DNA of 64,000 nucleotides from the NCBI GenBank assembly GCA_036676985.1, contig JAKFBU010000038.1, forward strand, positions 172,468 through 236,467, in the 5' to 3' direction. Source of the stretch: Candidatus Sericytochromatia bacterium. GTDB lineage: Bacteria; Cyanobacteriota; Sericytochromatia; S15B-MN24; UBA4093. Of this stretch, positions 28,723 through 39,010 are shown in pieces; the stretch's first letter is position 1; every line of letters starts with the position of its first letter. Under the pieces are notes generated by a model. That model was not told the DNA's origin, ran no database searches, and was given only the letters and a program-made list of their open reading frames with translations. The position numbers and the translations under genes were made by a program.

Positions 28723-28760
28723 GCCCCACGGGGCGAGAAAAAAGGAGCCTGACCTTGACC

Positions 28761-30068
<1,308 letters not shown>

Positions 30069-30081
30069 GCCACAAGCCACT

Positions 30082-30118
30082 CGAGCCCGTCGGCATGCGC
30101 CGGCGGGCTCGTTGCTTT
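30082..30118 (+). terminator. Intrinsic terminator after ahcY
   Basis: CGAGCCCGTCGGC...GCCGGCGGGCTCG followed by TTGCTTT. Confidence 0.6.
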
Positions 30119-30216
30119 GGGACGAGTTGACTCGGTTAGGGCAAGGTTGTTGCCGAATTAGGGTACATAGTAAGTAGCAAACAAGCTGCCTATCGACTCA
30201 AAGGAGGGCACGACCC

Positions 30217-31365
30217 ATGGGCGGAGTTTCCAACACGAACGCGGTGCGGCAGACGGCCGCCGTCAACACCCAACTCAAGCCCTTCAGCGAGGAGACCCGT
30301 CGCCTGCAGGCCGAGATCAACCAGGCCATCGACGATGGCAAGCTGCCCGGCCCCAAGTTGAAGGAGGACGGCATCGAGGGTCCCAAGACCCGCGCCAAGC
30401 TCCAGGAGTTCCAGGCCCTCAAGCAGGCAGCTGCCGCGACTCCGACCGCATCCGCCGACCAGGTGGCGACCAAGGTTCCGACCGTCGGCGAGTACGTCGA
30501 GGGCCAGATCAAGGAGTTCGGCAACGAACTCAAGGAAGACGCGCAGCTCTCGGCCATCATGCTCGCGCCGGGCCTCAACGTGGTGGCGGGCGTCATCATG
30601 ACCCGGCACATGAACGAGGCCCGCGAGCAGATCGCCAAGCTGCCCATGGATCCCGAGGGCAAGTGGAAGCAGGAAGCGGCCAAGATCCTCGACAAGGAGC
30701 GCCATGAGGCCCGCGAGGAGATCCTGGCCCTGCCCGGCAAGGCCGCCCAGGGCGTGGTGGACGGCGTGAACACCGCGGTCGAGACCGTGGACCATGCGGT
30801 CGATAAGGCCGTCGAGACCGTCGACAAGACCATCGATCAGGGTATCGAGGCTGCCAAGGGCGCCTGGGACGGTGTCTCGGGCAAGGCCGGCGAGGCCTGG
30901 GCCTACGCCAAGGAGGCCGTGCCCCGCGCCTTCCGCGAGATCGCGGCCGACGCGCAGGTGGCGGCGGTCATGGTGAACCCGCTCTTCGCCGCGCCCAGCG
31001 CCATCATCCTCCAGAACCACATGGCCAAGGCCTACGACCGCATCATGAAGCTGCCGATGGACCCGGACGGCAAGTGGAAGCAGGAAGCGGTCAAGATCCG
31101 GAACGAGGAGATGGCGGCGGCCAAGAAGGAAATCGTCGGGCTGCCGGGTCGGGCCCTCGACACGGTGGTCGACACGGCCACGGGGATTTACGAGGGCGCC
31201 AAGAGCGGCGTCATCTCGGCGGGCAACTGGATCGCCAAGGAGGTCAACGAGGAGATCCAGGAGACCAAGCAGGAGATCAAGGAGGCCCGCAAGGGAATCG
31301 GCGGCTTCTTCGGCGCGATCGCGAGCGGCATCTCGCGCTTCGGCAAGTGGATCGCGGGCGAGTAA
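30217..31365 (+). CDS. Helical protein with a peptidoglycan-binding-like motif and two ~85-aa internal repeats
   Basis: LKEDGIEGPKTRAKLQEFQ. KLPMDP[ED]GKWKQEA.KI occurs twice. AAGGAGG RBS. Confidence 0.8.
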   Translation: MGGVSNTNAVRQTAAVNTQLKPFSEETRRLQAEINQAIDDGKLPGPKLKEDGIEGPKTRAKLQEFQALKQAAAATPTASADQVATKVPTVGEYVEGQIKEFGNELKEDAQLSAIMLAPGLNVVAGVIMTRHMNEAREQIAKLPMDPEGKWKQEAAKILDKERHEAREEILALPGKAAQGVVDGVNTAVETVDHAVDKAVETVDKTIDQGIEAAKGAWDGVSGKAGEAWAYAKEAVPRAFREIAADAQVAAVMVNPLFAAPSAIILQNHMAKAYDRIMKLPMDPDGKWKQEAVKIRNEEMAAAKKEIVGLPGRALDTVVDTATGIYEGAKSGVISAGNWIAKEVNEEIQETKQEIKEARKGIGGFFGAIASGISRFGKWIAGE

Positions 31366-31372
31366 GCTCACT

Positions 31373-31419
31373 CGCATGACAAAAGGGCCCGGCCAGTCGG
31401 CCGGGCCCTTTGTCATGCG
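31373..31419. terminator. Bidirectional terminator
   Basis: CGCATGACAAAAGGGCCCGGCC-AGTC-GGCCGGGCCCTTTGTCATGCG between convergent genes. Confidence 0.75.
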
Positions 31420-31448
31420 GGTGGTCGGCCCGTTTGAATGGCCAACGC

Positions 31449-31529
31449 CCGTCAACCCGGCGAAAGCCGGGATCCAGGATCGGCTTCACGGGCGCAAGCC
31501 CTGGACCCCGGCTTTCGCCGGGGTGACGG
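31449..31529. repeat. 81-bp palindromic element (family 2, dRS3/RPE-like), copy 1
   Basis: CCGTCAACCCGGCGAAAGCCGGGATCCAGG...CCTGGACCCCGGCTTTCGCCGGGGTGACGG. Second copy inverted at 62873..62953. Confidence 0.85.
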
Positions 31530-31566
31530 TTACAGCTGCCCGGTTTCCGTCATGATTCGGGAGAGG

Positions 31567-32631
31567 CTAGGGCAGAAGGTCCCTCGGGATGCTCGTCTGC
31601 TCCTTGATCCGCGGGTTGTGGATCCCTGGCAGCTTACCCAGCTCCTTGAGGTTGTCCTTGCCCGTGAGGGCTTCCAGGAACGCGATCAGGTCCTCTTGCT
31701 CTTCCGGCATGAGGTGGATGGGCTTGAGCTTCTGGTCGAGATGGTCGTTCTCGTTGCCGCCGCGGTTGTAGAAGTCCACCACGTCCTGCAGGGTCGCAAG
31801 CGAGCCGTCATGCATGTAGGGCCCGGTCTTGGCGACGTTCCGGAGGGTCGGGGTCTTGAAGCGGCCCGTGTCCGCCGGATCCTTGGTCACGGCGAACCGA
31901 CCGAGGTCCGGCGCCGGCCCATCGAAGCCCACCCCCAGGTTGTGGAACGCTCCGTCCGTGAGGTTCGGGCCCGTGTGACACTCGGTGCACCGGCCGCGGT
32001 CCTTGAAGACCTGCTCCCCGCGGATCTGCTGGGCCGTGAGGGCCCCCTGGTCGCCCGCCAGGTAGCGGTCGTAGGGGGAGGGCCCCACCGTGAGCGCTCG
32101 TTCGAAAGTCGCGATCGCCTTGGCGATCCCATCTGCCGTCACGCCCGTTCCGAACGCCTCGCGGAACTTCTGCGGGTAGTAGGGATGGGCCTCCAGCTTG
32201 CGGACGACCTCGGGCAAGGTCGTCCCCATCTCGATGGGGTTCTCGATAGGCCCGAGCGCCTGCTCCTCGAGCGTCTTGGCGCGACCGTCCCAGAACTGGT
32301 GCGAGCTGTACGCCGCGGCGTAGATGGTGGGGACGTTGCGGTTGCCGCGCGTGCCCGTGACGCCCGCGGCGTTGGGCTCGTCGTTGGAGAAGCCCTTCAT
32401 GTGGTGGTGGCAGGTGCCGCAGGTCATGCGGTTGTTGGCCGAGAGCCGGGGCTCGAACCAGAGGCGGAAGCCGAGCTCCACCTTGGCCTGGGTCATGGGG
32501 TTGTCGGCGGGGACGGGGACTCCGGCCGTGCGCACGGCGACGTTGGTCCGGGTGGTAGGCAGGGTGCCAGGCCGCTGGCAGCCCGCCAGCATGACGAGCC
32601 CCAAGCCGAGAATCGCTACCCGCTGCCACAT
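31567..32631 (-). CDS. Di-haem cytochrome c peroxidase family lipoprotein
   Basis: Lipobox LAGC. CGTCH and CTECH haem motifs, QFWDGRA..LEEQA, FKTPTLRNV..TGPYMHDGS. Confidence 0.92.
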   Translation of the reverse strand: MWQRVAILGLGLVMLAGCQRPGTLPTTRTNVAVRTAGVPVPADNPMTQAKVELGFRLWFEPRLSANNRMTCGTCHHHMKGFSNDEPNAAGVTGTRGNRNVPTIYAAAYSSHQFWDGRAKTLEEQALGPIENPIEMGTTLPEVVRKLEAHPYYPQKFREAFGTGVTADGIAKAIATFERALTVGPSPYDRYLAGDQGALTAQQIRGEQVFKDRGRCTECHTGPNLTDGAFHNLGVGFDGPAPDLGRFAVTKDPADTGRFKTPTLRNVAKTGPYMHDGSLATLQDVVDFYNRGGNENDHLDQKLKPIHLMPEEQEDLIAFLEALTGKDNLKELGKLPGIHNPRIKEQTSIPRDLLP

Positions 32632-32717
32632 GTGCCGGCTGTCCTCCCCAAAAAATCGCAGGCCGCCCAGCCGGGCGGCCTGCAATTATTATAGCCAGTT
32701 TAAGACGAGGACTTGTC

Positions 32718-34082
32718 CTAGTAGAGCTCCAGGTAGCGCTCGACTTCCCAGTTGGAGACGTGGATACGGTACTCGTCCCACTCCTGGGTCTTGGTGGCGA
32801 GGAAGCGCTCGTAGATGTGCTCGCCGAGGGCGGCCTGGACCACTTTGTCCTTCTTGAGGGCTTCGAGGGCGTCGCCCAGGCTCGCGGGCAGCGAGCCGAT
32901 GTTGCGGCTGGTCCGCTCCTCGGGCCCCATGTGGTAGAGGTCCTCCTCGATGGGGGCGCGCAGCTCGAGCTTGCGCTCGATGCCGTCGAGACCCGCCGCG
33001 AGCATGACGGCGAAGGCGAGGTAGGGGTTGCAGCTCGGATCCGGGCAACGCAGCTCGACGCGGGTGGCCTTGGGCACGCGCGGGTTGATGCGGGGGATGC
33101 GGATGAGGGCCGAGCGGTTGTTGCGGGCCCACGAGAGGTAGACGGGAGCCTCGTAACCCGGCACCAGGCGCTTGTACGAGTTGACGGTGGGGGCGAGGAT
33201 CGCGATCATGCCGGGGGCATGCTCCAGGACGCCCGCGATGAAGTGACGGGCCAGCTGCGAGAGGCCGTAGTCGTCCGAGGCGTCGTAGAAGGCGTTCTCG
33301 CCGTCCTTGAACAGGCTCATGTGGGTGTGCATGCCGCTGCCATTGGTGCCGAAGATGGGCTTGGGCATGAAGGTGCAGTGCAGGCCGTGGCGCTGGGCGA
33401 TCGCCTTCAGCGTGTAGCGGAAGGTGACGGCGCTGTCCGCGGTCGTGACGGCGTCGGCGTACTTGAAGTCGATCTCGTGCTGGCCGACGGCGACCTCGTG
33501 GTGCGAGGTCTCGACCTCGATGCCCATCTCCTCGAGGGCGTTGACCATGTCGGCGCGGACGTCCATGGCGAGGTCCGTCGAGAGGTCGAAGTAGCCGCCC
33601 ATGTCGTTGGGCAGGGTCTCGACCTTGCCGGGCTCGGCGCTCTTGAAGAGGAAGAACTCGAGCTCGGGGCCGGTGTTGAACTCGTAGCCGAGGCTGCGGG
33701 CCTTGGCCACCGCGCGCTGCAGGGCGCCGCGGGGATCGCCGACAAAGGGCGTGCCGTCCGGCAGGAAGACGTTGCAGATGACGCGGGCGTGCTTCTTGTC
33801 GAGCGACTGATCCCAGGGGATCACCTTGAAGGTGTTGAGGTCCGGCAAGAGGAACATGTCGGACTCGGCGATGCGCAGGTAGCCCTCGATGGACGAGCCG
33901 TCGAACCACTTGCCGTGCTTGATGGCGTCCTCGAACTGGGTGGTGGGGATGGTCACGCTCTTGACGATGCCGAGGATGTCGCAGAATTGCAGGTTGATGA
34001 ACTTGACGTTATCGCGCTCGCACCGGGACAGGACCTCGGTGATGGCGGCGGTCTGGGCTTCGTGGCTCAGCATGGTGCTCAT
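32718..34082 (-). CDS. glnA: Glutamine synthetase type I
   Basis: FDGSSIEG, HHEVA.GQHEIDF, FMPKPIFG.NGSGMH, NSYKRLVPGYEAP, ELRCPDPSCNPYLA. Confidence 0.96.
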   Translation of the reverse strand: MSTMLSHEAQTAAITEVLSRCERDNVKFINLQFCDILGIVKSVTIPTTQFEDAIKHGKWFDGSSIEGYLRIAESDMFLLPDLNTFKVIPWDQSLDKKHARVICNVFLPDGTPFVGDPRGALQRAVAKARSLGYEFNTGPELEFFLFKSAEPGKVETLPNDMGGYFDLSTDLAMDVRADMVNALEEMGIEVETSHHEVAVGQHEIDFKYADAVTTADSAVTFRYTLKAIAQRHGLHCTFMPKPIFGTNGSGMHTHMSLFKDGENAFYDASDDYGLSQLARHFIAGVLEHAPGMIAILAPTVNSYKRLVPGYEAPVYLSWARNNRSALIRIPRINPRVPKATRVELRCPDPSCNPYLAFAVMLAAGLDGIERKLELRAPIEEDLYHMGPEERTSRNIGSLPASLGDALEALKKDKVVQAALGEHIYERFLATKTQEWDEYRIHVSNWEVERYLELY

Positions 34083-34168
34083 GAGAATGAAAATCCTCCT
34101 CTAGGTGGGATCCAACATGAACAGGCTACCGCAAGATCGCTGAAGATGGGCTGAAGATCCCCAAAGCG

Positions 34169-34194
34169 AAGAGGCCGCCTTGCGGCGGCCTCTT
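34169..34194 (-). terminator. Terminator hairpin
   Basis: AAGAGGCCGCC-TTGC-GGCGGCCTCTT right after the stop of 34200..34826. Confidence 0.65.
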
Positions 34195-34199
34195 GGAGT

Positions 34200-34826
34200 C
34201 TAGTCGATGGAAGGAGGGGTCGGTCGACCGCCGGTCGAGGGCGGGGTCGGACGGCCACCCGTCGAGGGCGGGGTCGGACGATCGTAGCCACCGGCAGGGG
34301 GAGGCGTGGGGCGATCGTAGCCGCCGGCCGGAGGAGGCGTGGGACGATCGGATTCGCGGGGCTGCGGATCGTAGTAGGTGTAAGAGCTGCGGCCCGTCTC
34401 CTTGCGGCTGGTGCCTTCGAACTTGTTCTGGAGGTCGCCGGCGCCCGTCTTGAAGCGCTCGTTGCCGAACAGTCCCAGGAAGCCCTTGTCGATCTGGCCG
34501 TTGCCGTTCTTGTCGGCCTCGCGAAGAATGAGGTCGACCATCTCGTCGGCGTCCAGGCCATCGCCGTTCTTGTCCGCGAGCTTGGCTTCGGGCGTCTTCA
34601 GGGAGCGGAGCACGTCGTAGTTGACGGTGGTGACGGTGACGAAGTCGCCCGTCAGCCAGTCACGCGAGCGGTAGACGTCGGTGTCCCGGTGGCTGAAGGT
34701 CGGGCCGCCCTCGCCGTTGTCGAGCTTGCCGTTGCGGTTGGCATCGAAGCGGGTGATGATCTCACTCGCCTTCTTCCGCAGCGCGTTGAGATCCTTTTCG
34801 GGCAGACCGGTCACCGAGTACGACAT
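34200..34826 (-). CDS. EF-hand-like protein with Pro-rich C-terminal repeats
   Basis: DANRNGKLD, DKNGDGLD and DKNGNGQID loops. DRPTPPPAGGY x2 and RPTPPSTGG x2. Confidence 0.8.
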   Translation of the reverse strand: MSYSVTGLPEKDLNALRKKASEIITRFDANRNGKLDNGEGGPTFSHRDTDVYRSRDWLTGDFVTVTTVNYDVLRSLKTPEAKLADKNGDGLDADEMVDLILREADKNGNGQIDKGFLGLFGNERFKTGAGDLQNKFEGTSRKETGRSSYTYYDPQPRESDRPTPPPAGGYDRPTPPPAGGYDRPTPPSTGGRPTPPSTGGRPTPPSID

Positions 34827-34943
34827 CTGAAAACCTCCCCTTGCGAGTTGCGTTAGCCACGTCCTGTTGAAGATCTTATGGCGCGGGAAAGTTAAAAACT
34901 TGCTTAAAAAGAGATAAATAACGGCTTATTGACTCGTCGCCGA

Positions 34944-35633
34944 TCAAGCCTCGGGCGTGTGGAACGAGTAGCCGCGCCGCGAGGACAGGATCAGCTTCGG
35001 GGTGGTCGGCTCGGCTTCCAGCTTTCGGCGCAGGTTCTTGATGTGCGTGTGCACGACCTGCGGGTTTCCGAGCTGCCGCGGCTCGCCGAGGGCCTCGACG
35101 AGCAGGTTCTCGGTGGAGACGGACTGCGCGGGCCGGGATGCCAGGTAGGCGAGGATGGCGAACTCGGAGGGCGTCAGCGCGATGGCTTGCCCGTTGATGC
35201 GTGCCGAGTGCGAGCCCGGCTCCAGCTTCAGCGGGCCCGCCTCGACGACGGCCGTCGTCTCGAGGGCCCGCAGGCGCGATCGCAGGTGGACCTTGAGCCG
35301 ATACTGGAACTCCAGCTGGTCCAGGGGCATGAGCATGACGTCCGTCGCCCCCACCTGGAAGGCCTGGTACTTGGAGTCCGTGCGATCGACGAGCAGGAAG
35401 ATCGGCGTGTCGAGAAAGGGAGCGATGCCGCGCAGCCGACGGGTCAAGCTCAAGCCGTCGAGCCCCGCATCGATCACGATCGCGTCCGGCAGGACGGTCT
35501 CGGCGCGGCGGAGGGCCTCGGCCCCCGTGGTGGCCGTCAGGACCTCGAGGCTTCCGACCTTGGCGGCGAGGAAGGTCACGAGGCGCTGGAGGGCTAAATC
35601 AGCGGTGGCGACGAGGAGTTTGAGCTTTTTCAT
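34944..35633 (-). CDS. OmpR-family response regulator with an atypical receiver domain
   Basis: Winged helix LTPSEFAIL...VHTHIKNLRRKLE...GYSF. Receiver lacks the DD pocket and the conserved Lys. Confidence 0.85.
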   Translation of the reverse strand: MKKLKLLVATADLALQRLVTFLAAKVGSLEVLTATTGAEALRRAETVLPDAIVIDAGLDGLSLTRRLRGIAPFLDTPIFLLVDRTDSKYQAFQVGATDVMLMPLDQLEFQYRLKVHLRSRLRALETTAVVEAGPLKLEPGSHSARINGQAIALTPSEFAILAYLASRPAQSVSTENLLVEALGEPRQLGNPQVVHTHIKNLRRKLEAEPTTPKLILSSRRGYSFHTPEA

Positions 35634-35767
35634 GGTGTCGAGGGGCATTGTAACGTAGCCATACTCGCCCGGCAACCGGCCGGCGGCGCCCGTCCGCAAG
35701 GCTTCCTTCTCCGTGTTCAACGGCGGCGCGCTTGGATAGAATCAGCGCATCAGGAGGGAGGGACACC

Positions 35768-35971
35768 ATGGACAAGAAGCTGCAAGCGCGCCCGGTCAAG
35801 GGCGGACTGGTCCACACCCGCTACGAGTCGGACGAGCATTCCAACCAGGTCGGGCTGACGGACGCCGAGGCCCTCACAACGGAGGTGCCGGTGGAATACG
35901 CAGAGGTCGATGACTCGCACAAGCATGGGCCCAAGAGCGTGCGCGACATCGACAGCGGCGGCGAGTTCTAG
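35768..35971 (+). CDS. Small acidic hypothetical protein
   Basis: Strong RBS AGGAGGGAGG, good codon bias. Confidence 0.65.
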   Translation: MDKKLQARPVKGGLVHTRYESDEHSNQVGLTDAEALTTEVPVEYAEVDDSHKHGPKSVRDIDSGGEF

Positions 35972-36084
35972 CCGCCTGCGACCGGCCGGACCCGCATGCT
36001 TCCCTGAATGCGCTCGGAGGGCTACAATGCAAGGGGTATGGACGCTCGTCATGTGGCCACCGGGCCGCGAGTGACCGCACCAAG

Positions 36085-36321
36085 TTGGCCCCCGTCCCAC
36101 TCGTGAGGAAGAACATGCTCGACGTTTGCCACCAGGTCCTGCGCTACATGCACGACAAGTACGGCCCCCAGCAGCCCATGGTCGTGGCCCTTAACCACGA
36201 GGGTCGCGGCATTTCCCGCCACGTCCGGGTGGAGCTCATCTCGCGCCTCGGACGCGATCTCACCCTGGGCAAGGCCCTCGAGGTCTACGAACCCCAGCCG
36301 GTCGCCAAGACCTTCAAGTAG
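36085..36321 (+). CDS. Small hypothetical protein (start may be 36115)
   Basis: High GC3 codon usage. GAGGAA precedes the ATG at 36115. Confidence 0.6.
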   Translation: MAPVPLVRKNMLDVCHQVLRYMHDKYGPQQPMVVALNHEGRGISRHVRVELISRLGRDLTLGKALEVYEPQPVAKTFK

Positions 36322-36375
36322 GGATCAGCCCTTATTACTCTCGACCGTCATACCCCCTTCCAGTATAAAAGGGGT

Positions 36376-37650
36376 ATGACGGTCAGCTTTTTCTACCTTC
36401 AGGCTCCCGAACCGGGCCCGCATCCCGCGACCCTAGCCGACGAGCTCTTGCGGGTGGCGATCGCCCTCAACGAGGGCAACACCCCGGAGCAGCTGATCGA
36501 CATCCTGTTCGACACCCTGGGCGACTTCGTGCCGATCGATCGCATCGGGCTGGCCATGCTGGGTCCCGATGACGTCCTCGAGAGCCGCTACGTTCGCTCC
36601 CGAGGCCCCGTCTTCCTGAGATCCGGGGCGCGGGCGCCCATCCATGGGTCGAGCCTCGAGCCCATCGTCCGCGAGCGCAAGCTCCGCATCATCGCCGACC
36701 TGGAGGCATACGCCGCCGAGCATCCGTCCTCCTGGAGCACCCAGCTGATCCTGAAGGAGGGGATGCGCTCCAGCCTCACGCTGCCCCTCATCGTCCGGGA
36801 TCGCCCGCTCGGCATCCTGTTCTTGTCGAGCACGCGCCCCGACGCCTATCGCGCGGAGCACGCGAACTTCATCCGCGCCATCGCCCTGACGGTGGCCGCG
36901 GCGCTCGAGCGCGGCTTGTTCGTGGGCGAGCTGCGGCGCGCCAACGAGGATTTGCGCGAGCTGGACCAGCTCAAGACCAACTTCCTGAGCAACCTGAGCC
37001 ACGAGCTGCGGACCCCCCTGAGCGAGGTCCTCAGCTACGCCTACGCCCTCGATGACGAGGTGGCCGGGGCCATGGGGCCGGATCAGCACCAGTACCTCCA
37101 CCGCATCCTGGCCGGCGCAAAGCGTCTGGAGAGCCTGCTCACGGAGCTCTTCGACTACACGGCCCTCGAGTCCGGCGCGTTCACCCTCGAGCGGGTGCCG
37201 GTGGACCTCGGGCCGCTCGCGCTCGAGGTGGCCGAGGAGTGCCGTCCCGCCATCGAAGCGTCCGGCCTGGAGCTGACGGTCGAGACCGCCCCGTCGTCCG
37301 TCAACTTGGAGGGGGATCCGCCGCGACTGGCGCAGGTGCTCCGGATTCTGCTGAGCAACGCGCGCAAGTTCACGCCGGCTCCAGGACGCGTGACGCTTCG
37401 GACGGGGGCGGAGGAGGGTCGGGGCTGGGTGGAGGTCGAGGACACGGGAATCGGGATTCCCGAGGACCAGCAGCCCCGGATCTTCCAGCGCTTCTTCCAG
37501 GTCGAGGGCGACGCCGGTCGCTCCTATGGGGGCACCGGTCTCGGGCTGGCGCTCGCCAAGGCGATCGCCGAGGCCCATGGCGGCACCCTGACCTTCCGCA
37601 GCCGGCCCGGTGAGGGATCGGTCTTCCGCCTGTCCCTATCGCGAACGTGA
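36376..37650 (+). CDS. GAF-domain sensor histidine kinase
   Basis: GAF domain, then FLSNLSHELRTPL (H box), LLSNARKFT, VEDTGIGI, GTGLGLA. Confidence 0.93.
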   Translation: MTVSFFYLQAPEPGPHPATLADELLRVAIALNEGNTPEQLIDILFDTLGDFVPIDRIGLAMLGPDDVLESRYVRSRGPVFLRSGARAPIHGSSLEPIVRERKLRIIADLEAYAAEHPSSWSTQLILKEGMRSSLTLPLIVRDRPLGILFLSSTRPDAYRAEHANFIRAIALTVAAALERGLFVGELRRANEDLRELDQLKTNFLSNLSHELRTPLSEVLSYAYALDDEVAGAMGPDQHQYLHRILAGAKRLESLLTELFDYTALESGAFTLERVPVDLGPLALEVAEECRPAIEASGLELTVETAPSSVNLEGDPPRLAQVLRILLSNARKFTPAPGRVTLRTGAEEGRGWVEVEDTGIGIPEDQQPRIFQRFFQVEGDAGRSYGGTGLGLALAKAIAEAHGGTLTFRSRPGEGSVFRLSLSRT

Positions 37651-37727
37651 GCCCGTCGCGCCGCCCCTTGGCGTGAGGGTGGCTCCGGCGTATGCTAAAA
37701 GGCCATCTTCCCTGTTTCGGAGGCGCT

Positions 37728-38639
37728 GTGACCCGTCCCTTTCCTCGCCTGTCCGGCACTGCCGGGCCGCTCGTCGTCGCGCTCGGCATCGTCTACCTGG
37801 TCTGGGGCTCGACCTACCTGGCCATTCGCGTCGCCGTCCTGGGCATGCCGCCCTTCCTCATGGCCGGCATGCGCTTTGCCATGGCGAGCGCGCTCATGCT
37901 CCTGGCGGGACTCGTGCTGCGCCAGGCGCGGCCGACCTGGCGCGAGGTCGCAGGATCCTCCATGGTGGGGCTCTTCTTGCTCCTGGGCGGCAATGGGCTG
38001 GTGGTCTGGGCCGAGCAGTTCGTCTCGTCCGGCCTTGCGGCGCTCTTGGTCGCGTCCGTGCCGCTCTGGATCCTCGCGCTGGAGGCCGTATTTCCCGGTG
38101 GTAACCGTCCCACTCGCCTGGGGACCGTGGGCGTGCTCATGGGCTTCATGGGGGTGGTGGCCCTCATGTGGCCACAGCTGTCAAAGGGAGAGCACACCGC
38201 CGTCTGGGCCCAGGGTCTTGTGCTGGTGGGGACCTTCCTCTGGGCCCTCGGTACCTTGCTCGGCCGGAAGGTGCCCATCCCGCGCTCGGGGATCTACAAC
38301 TCCGCCTTCCAGATGCTGGCGGCGGCGGTCGGCTTCCTGGCGGTGTCGTACGGCTTCGGTGAGCCCTTCCGGGTGGTCTGGTCTGCCGTGCCCCCGCAGG
38401 CCTGGGCGGCCCTCGCCTACCTCGTGGTGTTCGGCTCCTGCATCGCCTTCTCCGCCTTCGCGTGGCTCGTGCAGCATGCCCGCCCCGATCTGGTCTCGAC
38501 CTACGCCTATGTGAACCCGGTCGTGGCCGTGGCGCTGGGGGCGCTGATCCTCGCCGAGCCCCTGGATCGGTGGGTAATGGGCGGCGCGGCCCTCATCGTG
38601 GCGTCCGTCGCGCTGGTGGTCAAGGGCGGCCGCCGCTAG
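37728..38639 (+). CDS. EamA/DMT transporter (YedA-like)
   Basis: VYLVWGSTYLAIR, YAYVNPVVAV, 10 TM segments. Confidence 0.9.
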   Translation: MTRPFPRLSGTAGPLVVALGIVYLVWGSTYLAIRVAVLGMPPFLMAGMRFAMASALMLLAGLVLRQARPTWREVAGSSMVGLFLLLGGNGLVVWAEQFVSSGLAALLVASVPLWILALEAVFPGGNRPTRLGTVGVLMGFMGVVALMWPQLSKGEHTAVWAQGLVLVGTFLWALGTLLGRKVPIPRSGIYNSAFQMLAAAVGFLAVSYGFGEPFRVVWSAVPPQAWAALAYLVVFGSCIAFSAFAWLVQHARPDLVSTYAYVNPVVAVALGALILAEPLDRWVMGGAALIVASVALVVKGGRR

Positions 38640-39001
38640 GAGCGGCTGAGCCAGGTCAGGACGATCGCCAGGAGGGCCGGAGCCGCCTGCACCCACAGGA
38701 TCGCGCGGGAAGCCGTGAAGGCTCCGACCACTCCGGCAATGACGACGCACGCCAGGAAGAAGAGGCGCAAGGCGACGGGATCCGGAGCCTGGGGCATGAG
38801 GCTCCAGAGCAGTCCCGCCGCGAGGAAGCCGTTGTAGACCCCCTGGTTGGCCGCGAGGACGGCCGTGGCCTGGGCCTGTTCCGGGGTCATGCCAAAGGTC
38901 TTGAGCCCGATGGGCGTGCGCCAGAGCAGGGACTCGAGGACCATGAACCAGACGTGTGCCAGGGCGACGAGCGCGACGAGGAGATCAGAGGCTAACCGCA
39001 T
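38636..39001 (-). CDS. DUF1304 family membrane protein
   Basis: H...LE..LW and LAANQGVYNGFLAAGL signature. Confidence 0.88.
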   Translation of the reverse strand: MRLASDLLVALVALAHVWFMVLESLLWRTPIGLKTFGMTPEQAQATAVLAANQGVYNGFLAAGLLWSLMPQAPDPVALRLFFLACVVIAGVVGAFTASRAILWVQAAPALLAIVLTWLSRS

Positions 39002-39010
39002 GGGGACTCC

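Noticed and set aside
28723-28760. SAH riboswitch before ahcY
   Set aside because: The gap is only 38 nt and lacks the GAGGAGCG...AGGCTC motif.
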